Source: Octopus sinensis
Lineage: Eukaryota
Assembly (NCBI RefSeq): GCF_006345805.1
Contig: NC_043005.1
Location: forward strand, 76,074,001-76,138,000
DNA length: 64,000 nt
Direction of reading: 5' to 3'
This document shows positions 1-12,069 of this stretch, in pieces. Numbering within the stretch: the stretch's first letter is position 1; the number at the start of each line of letters is the position of its first letter. The translations under genes and the position numbers were made by a program. The notes beneath the pieces were generated by a model. It did no database searches. It was not told where the DNA came from and saw only the letters and a list, made by a program, of their open reading frames with translations.

Positions 1-473
1 TCTGTCGCTTGGTTTTTGCTGCGTCTTCATCATATATTCTGCTTGGTTATTTTTCTCTTGATATAATGGTGGTCGCCTGCCTTTCGAACTGGAACATGGT
101 CGAGTATGCTCTGTGTGGTCAGAGGTTCGCCCTGAGAAGGACTTGAACCAAAGACGAACTCTGTGGTCAGAGGTTTAGCTCTGAAAAGAACTAAAAACCT
201 AAGACGAGAAATGTCTGAGGACATTTCCTATATAAGGTTTATGTGGCTCAAAATGAACTTCAGAAATGGAAAGCTGTGATTGGCTGCTTGGAACAATGGC
301 GCGAAAATAAGCGGAGGCAAATGGTGTCACGTGACACCCAGCGGTGCGAACGTAGTAGAGACCACGTGTCAGCCAATCGAATTAGTGTTTACAACATTGT
401 TAAACTAGCCGAAGTTGTTTGTAATCTCGAACGAGATTATTCTTAATACTCTTCTCAAACAGTGAAGATAGCA
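1..473 (-). mobile_element. Probable LTR fragment (U3/promoter part), duplicate of 9031-9504
   Basis: Near-identical to 9031-9504. Carries CCAAT, E2F-like and E-box motifs and a TATA-like TATATAAG at ~230-238. Confidence 0.4.
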
Positions 474-580
474 GGAGCTTAAGGTATTTTCGCTCAATAA
501 ACACTCACAACGCCCGGTCTGGGAATCGAAACCGCGATTCTACAGTCCGCTGCCCTAACCACTAGGCCTTACGCCTCCAC
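474..580 (-). mobile_element. tRNA-derived SINE family B, 5' head
   Basis: Reverse complement has A box (GGCCTAGTGG) and B box (GGTTTCGATTCC). Same family as 5723-6103. Confidence 0.8.
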
Positions 581-756
581 TAGGAAAACAAGTACACGAA
601 AGGAAAAGAACTTTCATTGCCAATGATAGACGAAGTTTCAATGTATAGTTGAAGGAATTACGTTTTAATTATACTATGAAGATTTTGTATCTATTACCCT
701 TTCCCGACAAAGATAAATGAGCACAGCGTAGAAAAATAAAATGAAAAACTAACACG

Positions 757-828
757 TTCCCATGCCGGGAATCGAACCCGGGCCGCCTGGGTGAAAGCCA
801 GGAATCCTAACCACTAGACCACATGGAA
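757..828 (-). tRNA. tRNA-Glu-TTC: tRNA-Glu(TTC), C2T variant (G-U acceptor pair)
   Basis: 72-nt cloverleaf, anticodon arm CCTGG-CT TTC AC-CCAGG, T loop TTCGATT, downstream T-run. Confidence 0.92.
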
Positions 829-1011
829 ATGTCTGCTATTGTTAGTAAGATACGAAGATTATTGAAACTGTTGCTGTCATCAGTTGCTATCATAGATGTT
901 TATTGCTGGCTGTTACATTATTTTCATTTACGGAGTGAAACACGTAGAATATAACAAAACTCTGTTTATGCCTTTAATAATTACTTTATTGAAGTTTATG
1001 TTGCTCAACCT

Positions 1012-1083
1012 TCCCATGTGGTCTAGTGGTTAGGATTCCTGGCTTTCACCCAGGCAGCCCGGGTTCGATTCCCGGCATGGGAA
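1012..1083 (+). tRNA. tRNA-Glu-TTC: tRNA-Glu(TTC), G45A variable-loop variant
   Basis: Cloverleaf with TTC anticodon, followed by TTTGTTTTCTTTTTTT terminator. Confidence 0.95.
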
Positions 1084-1310
1084 CGTTTGTTTTCTTTTTT
1101 TGTTGCTGTATAAAGATGCCTTTGAGCATATTGAAACTTAACAGAGCAGGAGCCGGTAGTAAGGCGATCTAATCTACGAACTTAGAAGAAATAATTTCTC
1201 TAATCACCAATACCGCGTCCAGTTTCCATTTTTGTTACCTTCATGCTTCATTTAAGTGGAACATGTGGAATAAAGTGTTCTGGATAGGAATCAATCTAAA
1301 TCCTTTACCC

Positions 1311-1735
1311 TTTTACTCATTTACTCTTTTACTTGTTTCAGTAATTTGACTGCGACCATGCTGGAGAACCGCCTTTAGTAGAGCAAATCGACCCCAGGAC
1401 TTATTCTCTGTAAGCCTAGCACTAATTCTATCGGTTTCTTTTGCCGTACCGCTAAGTTACGGGGGCGTAATCACACCACCATCGGTAGTCAAGTGATGTT
1501 GTGGGAGGGGGCGGCAAACAAAGACACACAAACATATTCACACACATACATATAGATATATATACATATATACGACGGGCTTCTTTCAGTTTCCGTCTAC
1601 CAAATCCACTCACAAAGCTTTGGTCGGTCCGAGGCTATAGTAAAAGACACTTGCCCAAGGTGTCACGTAGCTGGACTGAACCTGGAACCATGTGGTTCGT
1701 AAGCAAGGTACTTACCACACAGCCACTCCTACGCC
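1311..1735 (-). mobile_element. tRNA-derived CORE-like SINE family A
   Basis: Reverse complement: GGCGTAGGAGTGGCTGTGTGGTAAG head, CACCTTGGGCAAGTGTC core, internal microsatellite, AAAAGAGT-like tail. More than 15 copies or fragments in the window. Confidence 0.88.
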
Positions 1736-1913
1736 TTTGAACAGTTACAATTTACACCTGACGGCAATACCCTTTAAATATTATAAGACGAAGACTTTTG
1801 CAAGGACATGAGTCTCTAATTATACTATGAAGATTTTGTATCTATTACCCTTTTCCGACAAAGATAAATGAGCACAGCGTAGAAAAATAAAATGAAAAAC
1901 TAAAATTAACACG

Positions 1914-1985
1914 TTCCCATGCCGGGAATCGAACCCGGGCCGCCTGGGTGAAAGCCAGGAATCCTAACCACTAGACCACATGGGA
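1914..1985 (-). tRNA. tRNA-Glu-TTC: tRNA-Glu(TTC)
   Basis: Identical to consensus TCCCATGTGGTCTAGTGGTTAGGATTCCTGGCTTTCACCCAGGCGGCCCGGGTTCGATTCCCGGCATGGGAA. Confidence 0.97.
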
Positions 1986-2167
1986 ATGCCCGCTATTTTT
2001 AGTAAGATACAAAGATTATTGAAACTGATGCTGTCATCAGTTACTATCATTGATGTTTATTGCTGGCTGTTACAATTACTTTCAGTTACGGGGTGAAACA
2101 CGTAGAATTAACAAAACTCTGTTTATGCCTTTAATAATTACTTTATTGAAGTAAAATTGTTCGACCT

Positions 2168-2239
2168 TCCCATGTGGCTCTAGTGTTAGGATTCCTGGCT
2201 TTCACCCAGGCGGCCCGGGTTCGATTCCCGGCATGGGAA
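2168..2239 (+). tRNA. tRNA-Glu-TTC: tRNA-Glu(TTC) with +1/-1 indels in the D arm (variant or sequencing error)
   Basis: GTGGCTCTAGTGTTAGG instead of GTGGTCTAGTGGTTAGG; the rest is consensus. Confidence 0.8.
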
Positions 2240-2781
2240 CGTTTGTTTTCTTTTTTCTTTTTGTTGCCATTGAGCATATTGAAACTTAACTTAGAAAAAA
2301 AATTTCTCTAATCACCAATACCGCGTCCAGTATTTCCAGAATGTATGGAGTACATAAATATATGAATGAATGAACAAAATGGAGTTAATTAAATCTTAAG
2401 AGACTGTAACAAATCAATTACTCAGGGACGCCTGCTGCACGAAAATTTAGTAAAGAAAGCAATAAGTTTCTAAATTACAAATTCTAGCTTAGAGACAACA
2501 AACAAAAACAAAAAAAAAGATAGAAAAAAGAAAAAAATAGCAGGGGAAGATAATACTGGATTTTTTATTAATAAATTATGAACTATTGTATAGGGATAGT
2601 CCGACCTTTAACAATACTATAACTACGGTCATGCTTCAGTCTAATTGATCGTCATCAACGGAGCATAATAGCGATCATTGCCGTCGATTGCTGGCTGTTT
2701 CCATTTTTGTTACCTTCATGCTTCATTTAAGTGGAATATGTGGAATAAAGTGTTCTGGATAGGAACCAATCTAAATCCTTC

Positions 2782-3185
2782 ACTCTTTTACTTGTTTCAG
2801 TCATTTGACTGCGGCCATGCTGGAGCACCGCCTTTACTCGAGCAAATAGACCCCAGGACTTATTCTTTGTAAGCCTAGTACTTATTCTATCGGTATCTTT
2901 TGTCGAACCGCGAAGTTACGGGGACGTAAATACACCAACATCGGTAGTCAAGCGATGTTGGGGGCACAAACACAGGCACACAAACATATTCACACACATA
3001 CATACATATATATATATATATACGACGGGCTTCTTTCAGTTTCCGTCTATCAAATCCACTCACAAGGCTTTGGTCGGCCCGAGGCTATAGTAGAAGACAC
3101 TTGCCCAAGGTGCGACGCAGTGAGACTGAACCCGGAACCATGTGGTTCGTAAGCAAGCTACTTACCACACAGTCACTCCTACGCC
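2782..3185 (-). mobile_element. SINE family A
   Basis: Same head, core and tail as 1311-1735. Confidence 0.88.
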
Positions 3186-3640
3186 TTTGAACAGTTACAA
3201 TTGACACCTGACGGCAATACCCTTTAAATATTATAAGACGAAGACTTTTGCAAGAACATGTGTATCACAATATCTCTTATTGGCGATTTTTCGTTTTGAC
3301 TCGAATTCTGTTAACAAACTACTCGGTAATTTCCGTGAGCACGTGTTGTCTTGACAACTGTCATTTGACGTATCGAAGGGGAAAGAGAATGCTAATGGGT
3401 TGTACGTGCGTGCTTGTTCCTTTGTGTGTGTGTGTGTGTGTGTGCGTGCTTGTTCCTGTGTGTATGTGTGTGCTTGTTCTGAATTTATATGTTGTGGTAT
3501 GTAGATATAACGAATTTACACCAAAACACACACACACAAGAACAAGCACGCACACACACACAGACACACACAGAGGAACAAGCACGCACACAAACAATAA
3601 GTATCTTTATACAGCAAAAACAAAAAAACTAAAACAAACG

Positions 3641-3712
3641 TTCCCATGCCGGGAATCGAACCCGGGCCGCCTGGGTGAAAGCCAGGAATCCTAACCACTA
3701 GACCACATGGGA
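3641..3712 (-). tRNA. tRNA-Glu-TTC: tRNA-Glu(TTC)
   Basis: Identical to consensus. Confidence 0.97.
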
Positions 3713-4076
3713 TTACATGCCACTCTCGGTATGATAAAAAGGTTATCGTAACTGTTGCTCTCATCAGTAGCTATCATTGTTGTTGATTGCTGGCCGTTAC
3801 ATTATTTTTCATTCATGAAGTGAAGCATGTAGAATATAGTGTCTTGTACGGTAACTGAACTGAAGCCTTTGAAAATATTGAAACTGACAAAGCAGGAGTT
3901 GGTAGTAAGGCGATCTAATCTACGAAATTAACAAAAATATTTCCTCCAATCGCCAATGGCGCATCCAATATCTCCAAAATATATGAAGTACGTTAATATA
4001 TAAATGAATGAACACAGATTGGAGCTAAGTCTTAAGAGGCTGTAACAAATTAATTTACTTGGGGACACATGCTGCA

Positions 4077-4211
4077 TGTGGTAAGTAGCTTGCTTACGAA
4101 CCACATGGTTCCGGGTTCAGTCCCACTGCGTGGCACCTTGGGCAAGTGTCTTCTACTATTGCCTCGGGCCGACCAAAGCCTTGTGAGTGGATTTGGTAGA
4201 CGGAAACTGAA
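4077..4211 (+). mobile_element. SINE family A 5' fragment abutting mariner
   Basis: TGTGGTAAGTAGCTTGC...GGAAACTGAA followed directly by the transposase start. Confidence 0.85.
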
Positions 4212-4212
4212 C

Positions 4213-5320
4213 CTTTAAAATGGAAGACAAGAAAGTTCATTTTCGGCACTTGATGCTTTTCTTTTCCCATTAAGGGAAGAATGCCTCAGAAGCAACCAAA
4301 GAAATATGCGCAGTTTACGGTTATGTTTCTTTATCCGAAATAACTGTACGGAAGTGATCCGCAAGGTTCTGAGCTGGAGATTGTAGCCTTATTGATAAAG
4401 AGCGATCAGGCAGACCATCACTACAGATGATGACCAAATCAAGTCATTAATTGAGAATAACCCACATTGCCCAACCCGAGAATTGACAGAAAGCCTCGAC
4501 CTAAAAAATCCGACGTTCATGAGCACCTGGTAAAGCTTGGGTACACAAATCGCTACGATGTTTGGGTACCACATGAGTTGAGTGAGAAGAACCTTTGAGA
4601 TCGCATTTCCATCTGTGATTCGCTTTATAAACGGAATGAAAACGCGCCATTTTTAAAGCAAATTGTGACAGGTGATGAGAAATGGATTATCTGCCGAAAT
4701 GTTCAGAGAAAGCGATCCTGGAGTAAGCGACATGAGCCGCCAATAGCTACCCCAAAAGCTGGTCTTCACCTTCAAAAAGTCTTGATTTGTGTCTGGTGGG
4801 ATTGGAAAGGAATTCTGTATTATGAGCTTCTCTCAAGTAACCAGACAATTAATTCTGATAAATACTGCACACAACTTGACGAGTTAAAAGTAGCAATTCA
4901 AGAGAAACGTCCAGAATTGGTCAACAGGAAGGGTGTTGCTTTCCAACATGATAATGCAAAACCGCACGTTTCTTTGGGAACCAGACAAAAATTGCTGCAG
5001 CTCGGGTGTGATGTATTACCCCACGCTCCATATTCATCAGATATTGCTCCATCGATTTCCACTTATTCTGGTCTCAGCAGAATAGTCTTAATTGTAAAAA
5101 TTTCAATTCCTTGGATGACGTCAAAAGATGCCTTGATGAATTCTTTACCAGGAAACCACCTCAATTCTGAGAAGAGGGTATTTTCAAGTTAGAGGAAAGA
5201 TGGAGACGCATTGTGCAACAAAATGGTTCATATTTGGTAGATCAAAAATGTAATGGCAAGTACTTATTGACCTTTTTCTTTTCTTTAAAAATCGGCATGA
5301 ACTTTCCGGACAACCCAATA
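4213..5320 (+). mobile_element. Defective mariner (Tc1/mariner) transposon, left TIR lost
   Basis: ATG at 4220 (MEDKKVHFRH), WVPHEL, TGDEKW, HDNAKPH and PYSSDIAPS motifs with in-frame stops and frameshifts. Right TIR ...GAACTTTCCGGACAACCCAA ends in TA at 5319-5320. Confidence 0.95.
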
Positions 5321-5722
5321 TTCCAACTTTGTGAGATGGATGTAAAGTGGTTTAAACTTAAAAAGAAAAAGAAACTATGACAAATTATGTCTTGGGACTC
5401 CTACTGCATGAGAACTTAATGATACGAACTATCATTTTCTAAATTATTTTTTGTAGTTGAAAAAAAAAAAAGCAAAACAAAAAAAGCCTGCAAATAAAGA
5501 TTAGGCGGAAATAGATAATACTGATGGTATCTCCAGTCATATTTCAGGGTAATTGTATATTATCAAAGGAGCATAGTGTGAACGTTGCTGCAAATCATAG
5601 AATGGCGATCTGAGTATTAAAGATTAAGATTTGGAGAATAAACATAAAGTGGCGTTAACACCACCGATGGTGGAAAGAAGCAAAGAAATCCAGACCGAAA
5701 CTGAATGGAAAACAAGAAGCAG

Positions 5723-6103
5723 TGGCACTCCGTCGGTTACGACGACGAGGGTTTCAGTTGATCCGATCAACGGAACGGCCTGCTCGTGAAATTAACGTGC
5801 AAGTGGCTGAGCACTCCACAGACACGCGTATCCTTAACGTAGTTCTCGGGGAGATCCAGCGTGACGCAGAGTGTGACAAGGCTGGCCTCTTTGAAATACT
5901 GGTACAACAGAAACAGGAAGAAAAAGTGAGGGAAAGTTGTGGTGAATGAGTACAGCAGGGTTCGCCACAACGATCTGCTAGATGTTCGAGGAGCTTAAGG
6001 TGTTTTCACTCAATAAACATCCACAACGCCCGGTTTGGGAATCGAAACCGCGATCCTACGACTGCGAGTCCGCTGCCCTAACCACTAGGCCTTGCGCCTC
6101 CAC
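5723..6103 (-). mobile_element. tRNA-derived SINE family B, full length
   Basis: Reverse complement GTGGAGGCGCAAGGCCTAGTGGTTAGGG...GGTTTCGATTCCC head; tail ...CCCTCGTCGTCGTAACCGACGGAGTGCCA shared with 13574 and 29553. Confidence 0.85.
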
Positions 6104-6265
6104 AAGGAAAACAAGTATACAAAAGGAAAAGAACTTTCATAGACCTTGATAGAAGTTTCAATGTATAGTCGAAGGAATTACCTTTTAATTATACTATGAA
6201 AATTTTGTATCTATTACCCTTTCCCGACGAAATGAGCACTGCAAAGAAAAATAAAAACTAACACG

Positions 6266-6337
6266 TTCCCATGCCGGGAATCGAACCCGGGCCGCCTGGG
6301 TGAAAGCCAGGAATCCTAACCACTAGACCACATGGGA
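6266..6337 (-). tRNA. tRNA-Glu-TTC: tRNA-Glu(TTC)
   Basis: Identical to consensus. Confidence 0.97.
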
Positions 6338-6520
6338 ATGCCTGCTTCTGTTAGTAAGTTACAAAGATTATTGAAACTGTTGCTGTCATCAGTTACTATC
6401 ATTGATGTTTATTGCTGGCTGTTACATTATTTTCATTTACGGAGTGAAACACGTAGAATATAACAAAACTCTGTTTATGCCTTTAATAATTACTTTATTG
6501 AAGTATATGTCGTGCAACCT

Positions 6521-6592
6521 TCCCATGTTGTCTAGTGGTTAGGATTCCTGGCTTTCACCCAGGCGGCCCGGGTTCGATTCCCGGCATGGGAA
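6521..6592 (+). tRNA. tRNA-Glu-TTC: tRNA-Glu(TTC), G9T variant
   Basis: One substitution in the A-box region; T-rich terminator follows. Confidence 0.9.
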
Positions 6593-6814
6593 CGCTTGTT
6601 TTCTTTTTTGATGCTGTATAAAGATGCCTTTGAGCATATTGAAACTTAACAGAGCAGGAGCCGATAGTAAGGCGATCTAATCTACGAACTTAGAAGAAAT
6701 AACTTCTCTAATCACCAATACCGCGTCCAGTTTCCATTTTTGTTACCTTCATGCTTCAATTCAGTGGAACATGTGGAATAAAGTGTTCTGGATAGGAATC
6801 AATCTAAATCCTTT

Positions 6815-7242
6815 ACCCTTTTACTCTTTTAATTGTTTCAGTCATTTGACTACGACCATGCTGGAGCACCGCCTTTAGTCGAGCAAATCGACCCCAAGAC
6901 TTATTCTCTGTAAGCCTAGCACTTATTCTATCGGTTTCTTTTGCCGTACCGCTATGTTACGGGGACGTAATCACACCACCATCGGTAGTCAAGTGATGTT
7001 GGGGGGGGGGACAAACAGAGACACACAAACATATTCATACACATACATATATATACATATAGATTTATATACATATATACGACGGGCTTCTTTCAGTTTC
7101 CGTCTATCAAATCCACTCACAAAGCTTTGGTCGGTCCGAGGCTATAGTAAAAGACACTTGCCCAAGGTGTCACGTAGCTGGACTGAACCTGGAACCATGT
7201 GGTTCGTAAGCAAGGTACTTACCACACAGCCACTCCTACGCC
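6815..7242 (-). mobile_element. SINE family A
   Basis: Paralog of 1311-1735. Confidence 0.88.
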
Positions 7243-7579
7243 TTTGAACAGTTACAATTTACACCTGACGGCAATACCCTTTAAATATTATAAGACGAAG
7301 ACTTTTGCAAGGACATGAGTCTCACAATATCTCTTATTGGCGATCTTTCGTTTTGACTCGAATTCTGTTAACAAACTACTCGGTAATTTCCGTGAGCACG
7401 TGTTGTCTTGTCAACTGTCAGTTGCGTGCTTGTTCCTGTGTGTATGTGTGCCTGTTCTGTATTTATGTGTTGTGGAATGTAAATATAAGGAAATTACGCC
7501 AAAACACACAGACAAGAACAAGCACGCACACAAACAATGAGGATCTTTATACAGCAAAAAAAAATAACTAAAACAAACG

Positions 7580-7651
7580 TTCCCATGCCGGGAATCGAAC
7601 CCGGGCCGTCTGGGTGAAAGCCAGGAATCCTAACCACTAGACCACATGGGA
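7580..7651 (-). tRNA. tRNA-Glu-TTC: tRNA-Glu(TTC), G43A variant (breaks first anticodon-stem pair)
   Basis: Plus strand reads CCGTCTGGG instead of CCGCCTGGG. Confidence 0.88.
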
Positions 7652-7834
7652 ATGCCTGCTATTGTTAGTAATATACGAAGATTATTGAAACTGTTGCTTT
7701 CATCAGTTGCTATCATTGATGTTTATTGCTGGCTGTTACATTATTTTCAGTTACGGGGTGAAACACGTAGAATATAACAAAACTCTATTTATGCTTTTAA
7801 TAATTACTTTATTGAAGTATAACTTGTTCGATCT

Positions 7835-7906
7835 TCCCATGTGATCTAGTGGTTAGGATTCCTGGCTTTCACCCAGGCGGCCCGGGTTCGATTCCCGGCA
7901 TGGGAA
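7835..7906 (+). tRNA. tRNA-Glu-TTC: tRNA-Glu(TTC), G10A variant
   Basis: GTGATCT instead of GTGGTCT; the rest is consensus. Confidence 0.9.
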
Positions 7907-8504
7907 CGTTTGTTTTCTTTTTTGTTGCTGTATAAAGATGCCATTGAGCATATTGAAACTTAACTTAGAAGAAATAATTTCTCTAATCACCAATACCGCG
8001 TCCAGTACTTCCAGAATGTATGGAGTATATGAATGAATGAACAAAATGGAGTTAAATCTTAAGAGACTGTAACAAATCAATTACTCAGGGACGCCTGCTG
8101 CACGAAAATCTAATGAAGAAAGCAATGAGTTTCTAAATTACTAATTCTAGCTTAGAGACAACAAACAAAAACAAAAAAAAGATAGAAAAAAGAAAAAAAT
8201 AGCAGGGGAAGATAATACTGGATTTTTAATTAATAAATTATGAACTATTGTATAGGGATAGTCCGACCTTTAACAATACTATAACTACAGTCATGCTTCA
8301 GTCTAATTGATCGTCATCAACGGAGCATAATAGCGATCATTGCCGTCGATTGCTGGCTGTTTCCATTTTTGTTACCTTCATGCTTCATTCAAGTGGAATA
8401 TGTGGAATAAAGTGTTCTGGACAGTATAAAAATAGGATCACATGCGGTCGTATCGTATCGGGAATACGGTCGCACGCGGTCATATTCTTAGACCATATAA
8501 TACA

Positions 8505-9504
8505 TGTAGCGGCAATAGAACACAAGTGGAATGACAACAAGATTTCTTTTTGAGATATATACATTATTTATTTTACATATTTTACAATCATGTTGGTTGG
8601 AAGTTTGTAAGTGTTAGCATGTTTTTGTGTCTGTGTGTTCGTGAGTCATAAAAGGTACTGACAAGAGAAATAACAATGGAATTTGGTTCACAGTTCATGT
8701 TGTTGGTATCAGCCTAGCAACTGGTAGTAGCAGATGGCTTAAGGTAGTTCTTAGAAGAACTAGAACTCGAGACAGATAATTGATTTACCGTTTATGAGGT
8801 ACACGGAGTGTAAAAGTTCCATATCAAGATGTTGCGTCACGTAGTTGAGATTAATTGAATCACTTGTTGTGTTTATCTTTCTCTTCATAAGAATATACTT
8901 CCAGATGTGTTAACTGTAGCCGTTTTTCCCGTGGTGAGATTTTCACCTAACCGCTATAGTTGAATCTGTTGTTGTCTTGTGTACAAATTAAACCTCAGTA
9001 GATAGAGACGATGTTTGGCGATGAGTTGTGTCTGTCGCTTGGTTTTTGCTGCGTCTTCATCATATATTCTGCTTGGTTATTTTTCTCTTGATATAATGGT
9101 GGTCGCCTGCCTTTCGAACTGGAACATGGTCGAGTATGCTCTGTGTGGTCAGAGGTTCGCCCTGAGAAGGACTTGAACCAAAGACGAACTCTGTGGTCAG
9201 AGGTTTAGCTCTGAAAAGAACTAAAAACCTAAGACGAGAAATGTCTGAGGACATTTCCTTATATAAGGTTTATGTGGCTCAAAATGAACTTCAGAAATGG
9301 AAAGCTGTGATTGGCTGCTTGGAACAATGGCGCGAAAATAAGCGGAGGCAAATCGCGTCACGTGACACCCAGCGGTGCGAACGTAGTAGAGACCACGTGT
9401 CAGCCAATCGAATTAGTGTTTACAACAATGTTAAACTAGCCGAAGTTGTTTGTAATCTCGAACGAGATTATTCTCAATACTCTTCTCAAACAGTGAAGAT
9501 AGCA
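8505..9504 (-). mobile_element. Probable solo/truncated LTR
   Basis: On the minus strand: CCAAT/E2F/E-box block (~9310-9410), TATA (~9260), AATAAA (8567-8572), end ...GCCGCTACA at 8505. No 5' TG end or TSD is visible. Confidence 0.45.
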
Positions 9505-9611
9505 GGAGCTTAAGGTATTTTCGCTCAATAAACACTCACAACGCCCGGTCTCGGAAACGAAACCGCGTTTCTACAGTCCGCTGCCCTAACCACTAGGCCT
9601 TACGCCTCCAC
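9505..9611 (-). mobile_element. SINE family B head
   Basis: Duplicate of 474-580. Confidence 0.8.
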
Positions 9612-9793
9612 TAGGAAAACAAGTACACAAAAGGAAAAGAACTTTCATAGCCAATGATAGACGAAGTTTCAATGTATAGTTGAAGGAATTACATTTTAAT
9701 TATACTATGAAGATTTTGTATCTATTACCCTTTTCCGACAAAGATAAATGAGAACAGCGTAGAAAAATAAAATGAAAAACTAAAATTAACACG

Positions 9794-9865
9794 TTCCCAT
9801 GCCGGGAATCGAACCCGGGCCGCCTGGGTGAAAGCCAGGAATCCTAACCACTAGACCACATGGGA
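9794..9865 (-). tRNA. tRNA-Glu-TTC: tRNA-Glu(TTC)
   Basis: Identical to consensus. Confidence 0.97.
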
Positions 9866-10048
9866 ATGCCCGCTATTTTTAGTAAGATACAAAGATTATT
9901 GAAACTGATGCTGTCATCAGTTACTATCATTGATGTTTATTGCTGGCTGTTACATTACTTTCATTTACGGGGTGAAACACGTAGAATATAACAAAACTCT
10001 GTTTATGCCTTTAATAATTACTTTATTGAAGTATAAATTGTTCGACCT

Positions 10049-10120
10049 TCCCATGTGGTCTAGTGGTTAGGATTCCTGGCTTTCACCCAGGCGGCCCGGG
10101 TTCGATTCCCGGCATGGGAA
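10049..10120 (+). tRNA. tRNA-Glu-TTC: tRNA-Glu(TTC)
   Basis: Identical to consensus; T-run terminator. Confidence 0.97.
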
Positions 10121-10662
10121 CGTTTGTTTTCTTTTTCTTTTTTGTTGCCATTGAGCATATTGAAACTTAACTTAGTAGAAATAATTTCTCTAATCACCAA
10201 TACCGCGTCCAGTATTTCCAGAATGTATGGAGTACATAAATATATGAATGAATGAACAAAATGGAGTTAATTAAATCTTAAGAGACTGTAACAAATCAAT
10301 TACTCAGGGACGCCTGCTGCACGAAAATTTAGTAAAGAAAGCAATAAGTTTCTAAATTACAAATTCTAGCTTAGAGACAACAAACAAAAACAAAAAAAAG
10401 ATAGAAAAAAGAAAAAAATAGCAGGGGAAGATAATACTGGATTTTTTATTAATAAATTATGAACTATCGTATAGGGATAGTCCGACTTTTAACAATACTA
10501 TAACTACAGTCATGCTTCAGTCTAATTGATCGTCATCAACGGAGCATAATAGCGATCATTGCCGTCGATTGCTGGCTGTTTCCATTTTTGTTACCTTCAT
10601 GCTTCATTTAAGTGGAATATGTGGAATAAAGTGTTCTGGACAGGAACCAATCTAAATCCTTC

Positions 10663-11067
10663 ACTCTTTTACTTGTTTCAGTCATTTGACTGCGGCCATG
10701 CTGTAGCACCGCCTTTACTCGAGCAAATCGACCCCAGGACTTATTCTTTGTAAGCCTAGTACTTATTCTATCGGTATCTTTTGTCGAACCGCGAAGTTAC
10801 GGGGACGTAAACACACCAACATCGGTAGTTAAGCGATGTTGGGGGCACAAACACAGGCACACAAACATATTCACACACATACATACATTATATATACATG
10901 TATACGACGGGCTTCTTTCAGTTTCCGTCTATCAAATCCACTCACAAGGCTTTGGTCGGCCCGAGGCTATAGTAGAAGACACTTGCCCAAGGTGCCACGC
11001 AGTGAGACTGAACCCGGAACCGTGTGGTTCGTAAGCAAGCTACTTACCACACAGTCACACCTACGCC
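10663..11067 (-). mobile_element. SINE family A
   Basis: Paralog of 2782-3185. Confidence 0.88.
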
Positions 11068-11496
11068 TTTGAACAGTTACAATTGACCCCTGACGGCAAT
11101 ACCCTTTAAATATTATAAGACGAAGACTTTTGCAAGAACATGAGTATCACAATATTTCTTATTGACGATCTTTCGTTTTGACTCGAATTCTGTTAACAAA
11201 CTACTCGGTACTTTCCGTGAGCACGTGTTGTCTTGTCAACTGTCAGTTGACATATCGAAGTGGAAAGAGAAAGCTAATGGGTTGTACGTGCGTGCTTGTT
11301 CCTTGTGTGTGTGTGTGTGTATGTGTGTGTGCTTGTTCTGAATTTATGTGTTGTGGAATGTAGATATAACGAATTTACACCAAAACACACACACAAGAAC
11401 AAGCACGCACACACACACAGACACACACAGAGGAACAAGCACGCACACAAACAATAAGTATCTTTATACAGCAAAAACAAAATACTAAAACAAACG

Positions 11497-11568
11497 TTCC
11501 CATGCCGGGAATCGAACCCGGGCCGCCTGGGTGAAAGCCAGGAATCCTAACCACTAGACCACATGGGA
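11497..11568 (-). tRNA. tRNA-Glu-TTC: tRNA-Glu(TTC)
   Basis: Identical to consensus. Confidence 0.97.
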
Positions 11569-11932
11569 TTACATGCCATTCTCGGTATGATAAAAAGGTT
11601 ATCGTAACTGTTGCTGTCATCAGTAGCTATCATTGTTGTCGATTGCTGGCCGTTACATTATTTTTCATTCATGAAGTGAAACATGTAGAATATAGTGTCT
11701 TGTACGGTAACTGAACTGAAGCCTTTGAAAATATTGAAACTGACAAAGCAGGAGTTGGCAGTAAGGCGATCTTATCTACGAAATTAACAAAAATACTTCT
11801 TCCAATCGCCAATAGCGCATCCGATATCTCCAAAATATATGAAGTACATTAATACATAAATGAATGAACACAGATTGGAGTTCAGTCTTAAGAGACCGTA
11901 ACACATTAATTTACTTGGGGACACATACTGCA

Positions 11933-12067
11933 TGTGTTAAGTAGCTTGCATACCAACCACATGGTTCTGGGTTCAGTCCCACTGCGTGGCACCTTGGGAG
12001 AGTGTCTTCTACTATAGCCTCGGGCCGACCAAAGCCTTGTGAGTGGATTTGGTAGATGGAAACTGAA
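11933..12067 (+). mobile_element. SINE family A 5' fragment abutting mariner
   Basis: Paralog of 4077-4211. Confidence 0.85.
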
Positions 12068-12069
12068 CC

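Noticed and set aside
30-446. Duplicated ORFs 30-224 and 243-446 (also 9060-9513)
   Set aside because: No recognisable domain; identity reflects segmental duplication, and stop positions differ between copies.
3248-3764. Recurrent ORFs containing TFPCRESNPGRLGESQES or VVRIPGFHPGGPGSIPGMG
   Set aside because: They are antisense and sense translations of the tRNA-Glu gene itself, not a protein family.
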